A stretch of DNA of 64,000 bases from an uncultured Verrucomicrobiae bacterium (GTDB lineage Bacteria; Verrucomicrobiota; Verrucomicrobiia; Limisphaerales; Palsa-1400), in assembly GCA_963764165.1 (NCBI GenBank), contig CAVXRD010000004.1, forward strand, positions 128,001-192,000, read 5' to 3'. Shown here in pieces: positions 30,904 through 40,312 of this stretch; the first letter of the stretch is position 1; every line of letters begins with the position of its first letter. The translations under genes and the position numbers were made by a program. The notes under the pieces were generated by a model that did no database searches, was not told the origin of the DNA, and worked only from the letters and a program-made list of their open reading frames with translations.

Positions 30904-32298
30904 ATGAGAAGGATTTCCAGTTGCTCTGTTCTGTGGGTGAGACTTGCAATGATTCTCGCCACCAGCGCGTGCTTCGGCTCGGATTCGCTCCAGTGGCGCG
31001 CCAAAGACAAACAGGTCTCGGCGGACATCCAGACTTCGGATCTTTATTCCCTCCTCGGAAAAATTGCCGCTCAAACGGGCTGGAAAGTGTTCGTCGAAGC
31101 AGGCGCGAGCTCTTCCGTCTCTGTGAAATTCAAGGACATTCCGCAGGACGAAGCGCTCCATCGGATGCTGGGCAAATTGAATTACTCGCTTTTTTCGTCC
31201 AACGGCGTCGAATGCCTTAAGGTTTATCGGACGAGCGTCAAAGCGGCATCTCAGGCGATTGCCGCGGCGAAAAAGGATTACCGCATTCACGATCAGGACT
31301 TGGTGAAGCTCAAGCGCGGTGCGACCAATTCCGTTGATCAGCTCGCGAAGAAAGTTGGCGCGACGGTAGCGGCGCGTGATGACCGCATTGGACTTTACAA
31401 ATTGCAGTTCCCGGATGGGTCGAGCGCAGACGCAGCTTTGCAATCGCTGGCTTCCGATCCTTCAGTAGCAGCGGCGGATGGAAATTATTCCATTGACCGT
31501 CCGACTCCCGCCCAAATCACGCCCGTTGCCTCATCCGCCAATTCCCTTTTGAATATAAATCCGCAACCGAATCCCAATGGCCCAGTTATCGGGCTCGTGG
31601 ATACGTCCGTTGATCCTCCAGCCCAGTTTTCTCCCTACGTCTTGACTCCCATCAATGTCACCGGCCAGGATGATCCGCCCGGCGCTGATCCTTCGCACGG
31701 GACAAGCATGCTGGAAACGATGCTCGAAGCGATGTCGAGCAATCCGAGCAAAATTCTCCCCATCGATATATACGGCTCCGGCGAAAGCACTTCGACTTAT
31801 GAAATGATGGAGGGGATAGTTTCGGGCATCAATGCCGGAGCAAATCCCATCAGCATTAGCTCGGGCGGCACCGGTTATAGCACAATGCTCGGGCAACTGA
31901 TTCAGGAGGGCGAGCAAAAAGGAATCACTTTCGTCGCCGCGGCTGGCAATACGCCCGGTGAAGGCGAAGTTTATCCCGCCTTTTATCCCGGCGTTATCTC
32001 GGTAACGGCATCGACTCAGATGCTCAGTGGCCCAATCACAACGTCTGCCAATGCCAGTGGCGCGACACAACTGGCCGCCTATGCCAACGATCCTTCCGGC
32101 ACGTCGGTCATTGCGCCCGGGACGAGCCTCGTCCTTTGGAACGGCCAGACATGGGAGGTCGAAGGCACGTCACCCGCCACCGCGAGCACAACTGGCACCA
32201 TTGTCGACCTGATGAATGCCAATCACTGGACTCTGTCTCAGGCGGTCAACCAAGTCATGCACGTCGCCCCAGCGCCAATGGCTCCAGGCGGCAAATAA
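30904..32298 (+). CDS. Secreted S8 peptidase with N-terminal secretin/STN-like domain
   Basis: Signal peptide; VSADIQTSDLYSLLGKIAAQTGW...VSVKFKDIPQDEALHRML; triad GLVDT, HGTSM, GTSPA; AAAGN. Confidence 0.8.
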   Translation: MRRISSCSVLWVRLAMILATSACFGSDSLQWRAKDKQVSADIQTSDLYSLLGKIAAQTGWKVFVEAGASSSVSVKFKDIPQDEALHRMLGKLNYSLFSSNGVECLKVYRTSVKAASQAIAAAKKDYRIHDQDLVKLKRGATNSVDQLAKKVGATVAARDDRIGLYKLQFPDGSSADAALQSLASDPSVAAADGNYSIDRPTPAQITPVASSANSLLNINPQPNPNGPVIGLVDTSVDPPAQFSPYVLTPINVTGQDDPPGADPSHGTSMLETMLEAMSSNPSKILPIDIYGSGESTSTYEMMEGIVSGINAGANPISISSGGTGYSTMLGQLIQEGEQKGITFVAAAGNTPGEGEVYPAFYPGVISVTASTQMLSGPITTSANASGATQLAAYANDPSGTSVIAPGTSLVLWNGQTWEVEGTSPATASTTGTIVDLMNANHWTLSQAVNQVMHVAPAPMAPGGK

Positions 32299-32345
32299 CG
32301 ATTCGTTCTTTACGGCGGCGCGAAAGTATCGTTTGATCGTGCCGC

Positions 32346-33854
32346 TTGATCACACCAATTGTTCCAAGCGGCGAAACGGAAGCCAGCAAATCCTCCGCGC
32401 TCCAGCGATTCTTCGGAAAATTCGCGGTTCTTCACGACGCGATTCCCGAATTGTGGCTCGTCTTCGCGATTAAATTCATCAGCATCGCGGCTTACGCCGT
32501 AACCAACACCACGATTGTCCTCTGGCTCCAATCCGACCTCGGTTTTGGAGACAAGAAAGCTCTGCGCGTTGTGGCGGCGTGGTCGCTTCTGATGTCGTTT
32601 GTCACGTTGCTGGTCGGTTCACTGACGGATGTTTTGGGAATGCGCCGAACTCTCTTTATCGGGACGACGATTTGCATTGTGGCGCGATTCGTATTGGTTG
32701 TTACCGGGATCAAGTGGCTGGCGCTAGGTTTTGGCTTGGTGCCGCTGGCGGTCGGTGAAGCATTGGGCGGGCCCGTGCTTGTGGCTGCGGCTCGGAAATA
32801 TTCCAATACCCGCCAGCGTTCCATGTCCTTCTCGATGATTTACGCGATGATGAATCTTGGATTCTGGATTTCCGCGTTCCTGATTGATCACCTGCGCAAA
32901 TGGCTGGGCGAATACGGGCACTGGTCTCTCTTCGGAAATCCGATCTCGACCTATCGCACCATTTTCCTCGCCGGACTGGTGCTGGAGATCCTTTTGCTCC
33001 CGTTGATCTGGATGCTGCGAGAAGGCGCGGAGGCGTCGGATGCAGGCTTGAAAATTGTTCCGCGCGCCGCAAAACCGGCCGGGCGCACGATGATTCAATC
33101 CGTAGGTTTGACAATCTCCGAAGCCGCCAAAGGCACCTGGCAACTGGTCGAGAAGCTGCTTTCCCAAACGATGTTTTACCGCCTGCTGGCGTTTCTGGTG
33201 TTGATTGCGTTTGTGAAATTGATCTATCGGCAGATGGATTACGTTTATCCGCTGTTTGGCATTCGAGAGCTGGGGCCGGGCGCGCCCATCATGACGATGT
33301 GGGGATGGAATAGCCTTTTTGTCATCATTCTCGTGCCGATCATCGGCGCGATGACACAGCGTTTTTCCGCCTACTCGATGGTGATTCTGGGATGTCTGAT
33401 TTCGGCGTGTTCAGTGTTTTTCATGTCGATGCCGCCATCGATGTTTGAGCCGCTGGCGAATGGGTTTCTCGGAAATTTCATTGGCCATACTCTGCTTGGA
33501 GTCCAGGGTGCCGTGCATCCGTATTACGTGATGATAACGCTTTTTGTGTTGATGCTTTCCATTGGCGAATCCTTCTACTCGCCGCGGGTCTACGAATACA
33601 GCGCCGCCATCGCGCCCAAGGGACAGGAAGCGTCCTACAGCGCGCTTTCCTACATCCCACTGCTCTTGCCCAAACTTCTCATCGGAATTTTCTCCGGCAA
33701 TTGGCTGGAGCAATATTGCCCCGCGACCGGGCCGCGCCATTCGCAAACATTGTGGTTGATTGTCGCCCTGATCAGCCTCGTCGCGCCCGTCGGATTGATC
33801 GTTCTCCGGCCATTCATTCGCGTCCACGAAGCCGGGCGCGATGATGCCCATTAG
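32346..33854 (+). CDS. MFS transporter (POT/PTR-like)
   Basis: About 12 [13 protein letters not shown] motif [31 protein letters not shown]. Confidence 0.85.
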   Translation: MITPIVPSGETEASKSSALQRFFGKFAVLHDAIPELWLVFAIKFISIAAYAVTNTTIVLWLQSDLGFGDKKALRVVAAWSLLMSFVTLLVGSLTDVLGMRRTLFIGTTICIVARFVLVVTGIKWLALGFGLVPLAVGEALGGPVLVAAARKYSNTRQRSMSFSMIYAMMNLGFWISAFLIDHLRKWLGEYGHWSLFGNPISTYRTIFLAGLVLEILLLPLIWMLREGAEASDAGLKIVPRAAKPAGRTMIQSVGLTISEAAKGTWQLVEKLLSQTMFYRLLAFLVLIAFVKLIYRQMDYVYPLFGIRELGPGAPIMTMWGWNSLFVIILVPIIGAMTQRFSAYSMVILGCLISACSVFFMSMPPSMFEPLANGFLGNFIGHTLLGVQGAVHPYYVMITLFVLMLSIGESFYSPRVYEYSAAIAPKGQEASYSALSYIPLLLPKLLIGIFSGNWLEQYCPATGPRHSQTLWLIVALISLVAPVGLIVLRPFIRVHEAGRDDAH

Positions 33855-33903
33855 GCAAAACGACGGTTGCGTTTGGGCGGGGGCGAACTTTACACTTCCG
33901 CAA

Positions 33904-34989
33904 ATGGGCAATTCTTTTGGACATTTGTTTCGCATTACCACATGGGGCGAATCCCATGGGGGTGGCGTCGGCGTTGTAATTGACGGCTGCCCGCCGCGCC
34001 TTGCCTTGACGGAAGCGGACATTCAACCCGATCTCGACCGCCGCCGTCCCGGCCAATCCTCCATCGTCACGCCGCGAAATGAAGCGGATCGCGTGCAAAT
34101 ACTATCCGGAACGTTTGAAGGCAAAACGCTCGGCACTCCCATTTCGATGTGGGTGAAGAATGAAGACATGCGGCCTGAAGCCTATAGCGAAATGGCCACC
34201 AAGTTCCGCCCATCCCACGCAGACTACACTTATCAGGCGAAATACGGCATCCGCAACTGGCAGGGCGGCGGTCGCACCAGCGCGCGTGAAACGATTGGGC
34301 GCGTCGCCGCGGGCGCTGTCGCCAAGAAAATTCTCAGTGAGCAGTTCGGCGTAAACGTGCTCGCTTACGTGACGCAGGTTCAAAAAATCGCCGCGCAAGT
34401 GGACCGTGAACGCGTCACCCCCAAAGAGATTGAGAAAAACATCGTCCGCTGCCCCGACGAAGCGACGGCCCGGAAAATGATCCGGTTGATCGAGAAAATG
34501 CGCCGCGCTGGCGACAGTGTCGGCGGGATTGTCGAGTGCGTGGCGCGCGGCGTTCCTCCCGGCTGGGGCGAACCTGTATTTGACCGCCTGGAAGCGGATC
34601 TGGCCAAGGCGATGCTGAGCTTGCCGGCCTCGAAGGGGTTTGAAATCGGCTCTGGTTTCGGAGGGATTTTGCTGACCGGCCTGGCCCACAACGATGCGTT
34701 CCGGATGAAGGGCGGGAAAGTGCGGACTGTCACGAATAATTCCGGCGGAATTCAGGGTGGCATTTCCAACGGGGAGACAATTTATTGCCGGGTCGCTTTC
34801 AAACCGGTGGCCACTGTGATGCGGGAGCAGGACACTGTCGACACTGCCTTTAAAAACACAACCCTCCGAGGCCGCGGGAGGCATGACCCTTGTGTTTTGC
34901 CACGAGCGGTTCCAATGGTTGAAGCGATGGCTTCTTTAGTTTTGGTCGACCACGCTTTGCGGCAGCGCGCACAATGCGGGCAGGCTTAG
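33904..34989 (+). CDS. aroC: Chorismate synthase
   Basis: [40 protein letters not shown]. Confidence 0.97.
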   Translation: MGNSFGHLFRITTWGESHGGGVGVVIDGCPPRLALTEADIQPDLDRRRPGQSSIVTPRNEADRVQILSGTFEGKTLGTPISMWVKNEDMRPEAYSEMATKFRPSHADYTYQAKYGIRNWQGGGRTSARETIGRVAAGAVAKKILSEQFGVNVLAYVTQVQKIAAQVDRERVTPKEIEKNIVRCPDEATARKMIRLIEKMRRAGDSVGGIVECVARGVPPGWGEPVFDRLEADLAKAMLSLPASKGFEIGSGFGGILLTGLAHNDAFRMKGGKVRTVTNNSGGIQGGISNGETIYCRVAFKPVATVMREQDTVDTAFKNTTLRGRGRHDPCVLPRAVPMVEAMASLVLVDHALRQRAQCGQA

Positions 34990-35113
34990 GGCTTCCGCCC
35001 TTCGATTCGGGTGACTTCATGGTTCGACCGCGACACTAGCTTCTAGCTGGCAAACGCCACAAGGAAAATGTACTTGTCGGACGATAAAACAGCGGTGACA
35101 GACGCTGCGGCGG

Positions 35114-36244
35114 CTAATTTTCGACAGCTTCGGCGATGGGCTCCAGCTTGACCGGATCGGCCGGCGGCGGCCCGATCGTCGCGCCCGGTTTGAATTCCAA
35201 ACGCACAAGCAGCGACTTTCTGGCCACCCTGCCCGTCTGCACCAGCTCCATGACTTTTTGCCGGACGTAACGCGCAATCGTCCGCGGATTGTTGGCGTAA
35301 TGGCACACGGGCGGATGCAAGTCCTGGAACCAGCTATCGCTGGGCACGCAGACAAGCGAAATGTCATCCGGCACGGCGAGCCGTTTGGAAGTCATCCACG
35401 AATAGCAGGTGAGCAATTGGCCCGATGAGCAAAACACCAGCGCCGTCGGACGCTCCTCGAGGCCAAACGCTTTCGCGAGCGAACGGGCGACGGATTCCGG
35501 CGAATGGTCGTCCCTGAAAACAATCAACTGCGCCGGTTCCGGACTGGATCCAATCGCCCGGCGCAATCCGCGTTCAATCGCCAGCATGCCCGGCACAATC
35601 TGCTCGAACGCCATTTGCGCGATGACGCGGTGGCCTTGCCGGATTAATTGCAGCCCCGCGTGAAACGCAGCCGATTCCCAATCATTGACGACAAACGGCA
35701 GCTTTACGTCTGGAAACGGAGTGCCATAGATAAACACGGGCAATCCCTGCCGCTCGAACCATCGCTGTGTCGCTTCACCGACGAAATGCAGCATCCACGC
35801 CGCCGAAGGATTCTCAGCAACGAGACGTTTTAAGAATTGATCCGGCCGGCTCGAGTGCAGGTGCACCGAGGAGACAAATCGCAGCTCGCGCTTTTGCTGG
35901 TGAAGATGCTTCTCCAAATCTTCGAGTTCGACATGGATGATCCGGTCAACCATCGGAAACGGCGACAGAAACGTGACGGGAAGCGGATTATCGACTTCGG
36001 CGCGGGCTTCAGGTGGCCCCTGCTTGTGAACCCGCCGCTGCTTTCCCCGGCCGCAGGTGGAAATCCACCGCTCCTGTTCCAGTTGTTTCAAAGCCAGGCG
36101 CAACGTGTCGCGTCCGACGCCAAGCCTGGCTTTCAGCCGGAATTCCCCTGGCAGCACACCGTTGATTTCACCGTCGCTGATCCATCGCTTGAGGATCAAC
36201 GCCGTTTCTGTGACTAGACTTGATCGATGGGGAAGCTGCGCCAT
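35114..36244 (-). CDS. GntR-type wHTH plus LacI-like ligand-binding transcriptional regulator
   Basis: LPGEFRLKARLGVGRDTLRLALKQLE; C-terminal RPTALV, VPDDISLV; start placed at MAQLPHR. Confidence 0.82.
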   Translation of the reverse strand: MAQLPHRSSLVTETALILKRWISDGEINGVLPGEFRLKARLGVGRDTLRLALKQLEQERWISTCGRGKQRRVHKQGPPEARAEVDNPLPVTFLSPFPMVDRIIHVELEDLEKHLHQQKRELRFVSSVHLHSSRPDQFLKRLVAENPSAAWMLHFVGEATQRWFERQGLPVFIYGTPFPDVKLPFVVNDWESAAFHAGLQLIRQGHRVIAQMAFEQIVPGMLAIERGLRRAIGSSPEPAQLIVFRDDHSPESVARSLAKAFGLEERPTALVFCSSGQLLTCYSWMTSKRLAVPDDISLVCVPSDSWFQDLHPPVCHYANNPRTIARYVRQKVMELVQTGRVARKSLLVRLEFKPGATIGPPPADPVKLEPIAEAVEN

Positions 36245-37020
36245 AACGGGGGAAGCGTACGAAACCTGCGGCGGCAATGCCATGGGCAAGATGAAAGCAT
36301 GTGTCTTGTTGAAAGACAAGTGAAATTGGCTTTCTTGTGACATTTGCAACCCATTCGCAATGCACTCCGGACGCCCGTTCTCATTTGCCGACAAGGAGCG
36401 AGGAAGGAGTCGCCACTTGTCTTAATGCGAATAGTCATATAATCTCCAAAAATCGGTAACATCGGTTACACTGTTGATTATAAAGCACTTAAAAGGTAAC
36501 AAAAGGTTCCTCGCCATTTTCGGTGGAATGAGACAACTCGTTAGCCGTCGTTGCGGGACAACCCATTTGGAATCCAGGCTTGGCACTGGCTTGGCCAAAG
36601 CTCGGTATAATGTGTGATCTCGAAAAAGGGGCAACACCCGCTACACGGTTGACCATCAACGAGATAAGGGGCAACAAAAATAGCAACAAACCCGCAACAT
36701 TTCTTCCCGCGCTGTCGGGTTGCATGAAACGCGGCGTCTTTCCGTCGTTCCCTGAAAATTTTCATCAAGATGCCTGCACCATCATTGTTCCATTGAAAAC
36801 AGCGAAGAACCTCACAATTGCCGTCACAAACCCTTGCACAGAGCCATCATAAACGCGGTTGATCAATCCCGGCAGGGGGAACCCCCGTCGATCCCTCATA
36901 TTAAATATTGGGCAGACGCTTGCGCGTGGGGGGCAATAGGGATTTTGTCGCGAAAACCAAGGGTGCAATAGGGTGAAACGCGCCGATCACAGTTTATTCC
37001 CAAGCCCCGAATCAGAGACT

Positions 37021-37170
37021 CGGAAATCCGCAAAATGTCAAAGAACACGCCCTGACGGCCACAGTGTCAAAAATAAAGCCGAAAAGTTTATTTGTCAATT
37101 AATGAGGTAATTACACGCGTATGTGGTATTGGCAAGGACAAGACAAACGAATCGTCGATTGTTCAGGCGG
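37021..37170 (-). promoter_or_regulatory. Conserved ~150-bp non-coding module, copy B
   Basis: Inverted homologue of 30136-30285; on the minus strand TTGACA-N17-TATTTT followed by GTTCTTTGACA. Confidence 0.7.
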
Positions 37171-37267
37171 AACCGGTGGCAAAAAGTCGGCGGCGGCGCT
37201 GGGGGAGGAGTATTGCGGTAAACTGCATTGCAATGAATTGATGCGCCTCCTGCATTTATTCTCGACA

Positions 37268-37817
37268 GTGCGGGCATTTGACAGCCATAGTGCCTAAAGA
37301 TTTAGAACAGCTCAAGCTACAGGCAAATGAACAGCGCAAATCGGAGTCAGTTGAACGATTTTCCTCAAGGTTCCGCCGTCGATTTTGCCGCGACCCAATG
37401 GACCTCTGTCTTGCGTCAAAAAAGGCAAGTGAAGACAAGGAGGAATGGGTTCCGTTGCGGCGCGGATGGTTTCTCGGCGGCCAGAAATTCCGAAAGGAAC
37501 TGCTGGCCCAGATGAGCGAACGACGCCGTGCCAGCCATTACGGGCAGGAAGCAGCGGAGAGCGACATCCAACGCGCGGAATGCGTGGTGGAATCGGATTT
37601 GGGAAGGCTCGGATGGAAGGAGGCGCAACTGGGCCGACGGCGGAAGGGAGATCCGAAATAGGTGGCCATCGCCTTGCGCCTGAGGAAAGAATCGGCGATG
37701 CCGGTGAAATGGATAGCGGAGCGGTTAAAGATGGGATCGCCGGGATCGTTGTCGAACCTGCTCCGCCAAAAGCGCAAATGACAAATATCCAAATATGTAA
37801 TTATGTGGGACTGACCG
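37268..37817 (+). mobile_element. Direct repeat copy 1: ECF-sigma N-terminal fragment fused to Y1/RAYT-like transposase C-terminal remnant
   Basis: Near-identical to 38548-39088; LRRGWFLG...FRKELLAQM...RRKGDPK*...WIAERLKMG with an internal TAG. Confidence 0.7.
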
Positions 37818-37890
37818 CTTTTTTGACCCCTTTTTTCGTGGCGTTTAATCACGTGTTGTTCCTTCGAATACAGTATCGTGATGACGAGCC

Positions 37891-38505
37891 ATGAAGAATA
37901 CAAGGTTACCACGCTCGTCATCGAGTTTGATTGCGCTAACGTTATTGATTTTGGTGCTCGTGCTTATATTCTTGCCGCGCTCAAAGAAATTTGTGCTTTT
38001 GGACGGCACGAGGGTGACTATTTTGGCTCCGAAACCTTTTGCAACCTTGCATGACTCTATTTATCACGTTAGCACTTGGACACAAGATGGCCATACCGGC
38101 GAAATGACCTTGCATGGCGACTTTGAGCGAAACCCTATTTTGACATTCAGCGTCGCGAATGATGATCATGCCTTCTATATCCTCTACGATTGCGATGTCA
38201 TGCTGCGTCTGCTTAAAATCGACACAAAACAGAGCTTTCACGGTTCTGTTGACTTGCTTGCCTCAAATGGGATTGTTGCTAGCTCTTCGCTCTACGTGGA
38301 GGAAGGAAGTAAAAGCGATTGGCTAGGAGCTTTGAACTGCCTAGAGCACATGACAGCGACTGAATTCCAAAAGAATTCCATGCCAACATTGGATGTTGGG
38401 ATTTTACGGATGTATGCCAGACAGGACCTTGTGGTATCCCATATTCGGCGACAAGTGAGTGGCATGTATGGGGGAAAATCGTCTGTTTACGGTATCCGGA
38501 AATAG
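37891..38505 (+). CDS. Hypothetical membrane-anchored protein (low GC)
   Basis: 204-aa ORF with N-terminal TM; AT-richer than its flanks. Confidence 0.7.
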   Translation: MKNTRLPRSSSSLIALTLLILVLVLIFLPRSKKFVLLDGTRVTILAPKPFATLHDSIYHVSTWTQDGHTGEMTLHGDFERNPILTFSVANDDHAFYILYDCDVMLRLLKIDTKQSFHGSVDLLASNGIVASSSLYVEEGSKSDWLGALNCLEHMTATEFQKNSMPTLDVGILRMYARQDLVVSHIRRQVSGMYGGKSSVYGIRK

Positions 38506-38547
38506 GGCGCGTTAATGATTGTAAGTGGAAAGAGGTCAACCATTAGG

Positions 38548-39088
38548 GTGCGGGCATTTGACAGCCATAGTACTTAAAGAGTTAGAACAGCTCAAGCCAC
38601 AGGCAAATGAACAGCGCAAATCGGAGTCAGTTGAACGATTTTCCTCAAGGTTCCGCCGTCGATTTTGCCACGACCCAATGGACCTCTGTCTTACGTCAAA
38701 AAGGGCAAGTGAAGATAAGGAGGAATGCGTTCCGTTGCGGCGCGGATGGTTTCTCGGCGGCAAGAAATTCCGGAAGGAACTGCTGGCCCAGATGAGCGAA
38801 CGACGCACTGCCAGCCATTACGGGGCGGAAAGCGACATCGAACGCGCGGAATGCGTGGTGGAATCGGAATTGGGAAGGCTCGGATGGAAGGAGGCGCAAC
38901 TGGGCCGACGGCGGAAGGAGGATCCGAAAAAGGCGGCCATAGCCTTGCGCCTGAGGAAAGAATCGGCGATGCCGGTGAAATGGATAGGGAAGCGGTTAAA
39001 GATGGGATCGCCGGGATCGTTGTCGAACCTGCTCCGCCAAAAACGCAAATGACAAAAATCCAAATATGTAATTATGTGGGACTGACCG
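38548..39088 (+). mobile_element. Direct repeat copy 2 (transposase remnant)
   Basis: Same sequence as copy 1 with a 9-bp deletion and AAG in place of TAG. Confidence 0.7.
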
Positions 39089-39196
39089 TTGTTTTTACAA
39101 CTGCCCTCTGCCAAAATCACCCAGATCAAAGAGTTCACGCCAGCGGTCTGGGCCAAAGCGAGAGAGAACAAGCAATCGCTCGTTCAAGCAGCGTGA
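39089..39196 (+). pseudogene. IS66-family transposase extreme C-terminal remnant
   Basis: Translates LFLQLPSAKITQIKEFTPAVWAKARENKQSLVQAA*, resembling the IS66 TnpC tail. Confidence 0.55.
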
Positions 39197-39252
39197 GCGC
39201 ACGAAGGCATTAATGTTTTCCTCGATGCGAGCGAGCCGCAAATACGGCCGAG

Positions 39253-40020
39253 CTACTTTCGCTCGATCATCTTTCGAGGCGTAGGGTCTGTCGCCGGCTC
39301 GTCCATAACTTGCACATTTGGATGAACCAAAGGGATCGCTGCCTTTGAGCCGGCTACGGCCGTGGCAGAATATTCCAAATTGTAACTTTCGTTTGTATGA
39401 TAGACTCCCTTCGCATCCTTGTAATCCCAAAAAAAGCTAATTAACCCATTGGTTGTTGTTCCCACAAGGTAGCCGAGATAATTGCTTTTGGCATCACAGA
39501 CCTCCACCCGCCAATCTGAATGGGGAGCGGCCACCCGCGCAAAGACCCACATTTGGCTACCGGCGACGTTCCACGGAAGAAAAGTAATCCAATTCGAAAG
39601 AATAATAGAGTTTGTTGCGCTGTAATATAACGGTTCCCCGGAACCGTCATCGGCATCGTCTTCCAAATAAACATCATAAAGGCCATTCGGACAGTCTTGG
39701 GTGTGCCAATGTGCAGAGTAACGGGCAGCAGAGTCTTGGCAGATGCTGACGCTCATAGGCGACCCCGTGCTATGATTTACAATCAGGTAAATTCGCTTGT
39801 CGTTGAAGTTGGACACGTTCACTTTGAATGGCAAACTCACATCACCCTCAAGAATTTCTCCGTTGGTCAAATTAAGGAACTCCAGTGGCCGCAACCCTGG
39901 ATGATTCGCTGACAGAGACGTCGCCGGGTGTTGGCAGCCGTTAAGGATTATCCAAAAAAACGATCCCACTAACAGGATGAAAGCTTGCTTCGCCATCTGA
40001 CTGAGCCTCTGCGGGTTCAC
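39253..40020 (-). CDS. Hypothetical lipoprotein (low GC)
   Basis: ILNGC lipobox after a hydrophobic stretch; beta-rich; AT-richer. Confidence 0.7.
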   Translation of the reverse strand: MNPQRLSQMAKQAFILLVGSFFWIILNGCQHPATSLSANHPGLRPLEFLNLTNGEILEGDVSLPFKVNVSNFNDKRIYLIVNHSTGSPMSVSICQDSAARYSAHWHTQDCPNGLYDVYLEDDADDGSGEPLYYSATNSIILSNWITFLPWNVAGSQMWVFARVAAPHSDWRVEVCDAKSNYLGYLVGTTTNGLISFFWDYKDAKGVYHTNESYNLEYSATAVAGSKAAIPLVHPNVQVMDEPATDPTPRKMIERK

Positions 40021-40312
40021 TCACTAAGGAACCCGCTTTTCGCGCACCTTGTCAATCAGGAAATGGCGGTATCCAACCGGCCAATGTTGAGCGGGATTCG
40101 GAAGGGCGGCCGACCTTGCGCGGCGGCGCAACCGGCAGAAGCGCGGTTAATGCGTGGCCGCTCAGGCGGATACATCGGAAGTGTCACCCGTTAGGGCGTT
40201 GTGTCAACAGATAAAACGCTTCCGTCCTCAATTTTCTTATTGCGCTTTTCCTTCGCTGCAAAAGTCTTCTTTACAGGACGCATCCGATCCCTTCCTCTCG
40301 CATTCGGCTTCG

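Noticed and set aside
30380..36700. Short periodic repeats as a CRISPR array
   Set aside because: Units are about 10 bp or only two degenerate copies; no repeat-spacer pattern and no cas genes.
30136..37170. Inverted modules as ends of a transposon or invertible segment
   Set aside because: Only about 74% identical, no recombinase inside, and the enclosed DNA includes core aroC.
37415..37425. A6G run as a programmed frameshift joining the ECF and transposase frames
   Set aside because: The heptamer is in the wrong frame for that join and is not preserved in copy 2.
37659..37661. In-frame TAG as recoding
   Set aside because: Copy 2 has AAG at this site; a nonsense mutation in a remnant is the simpler explanation.
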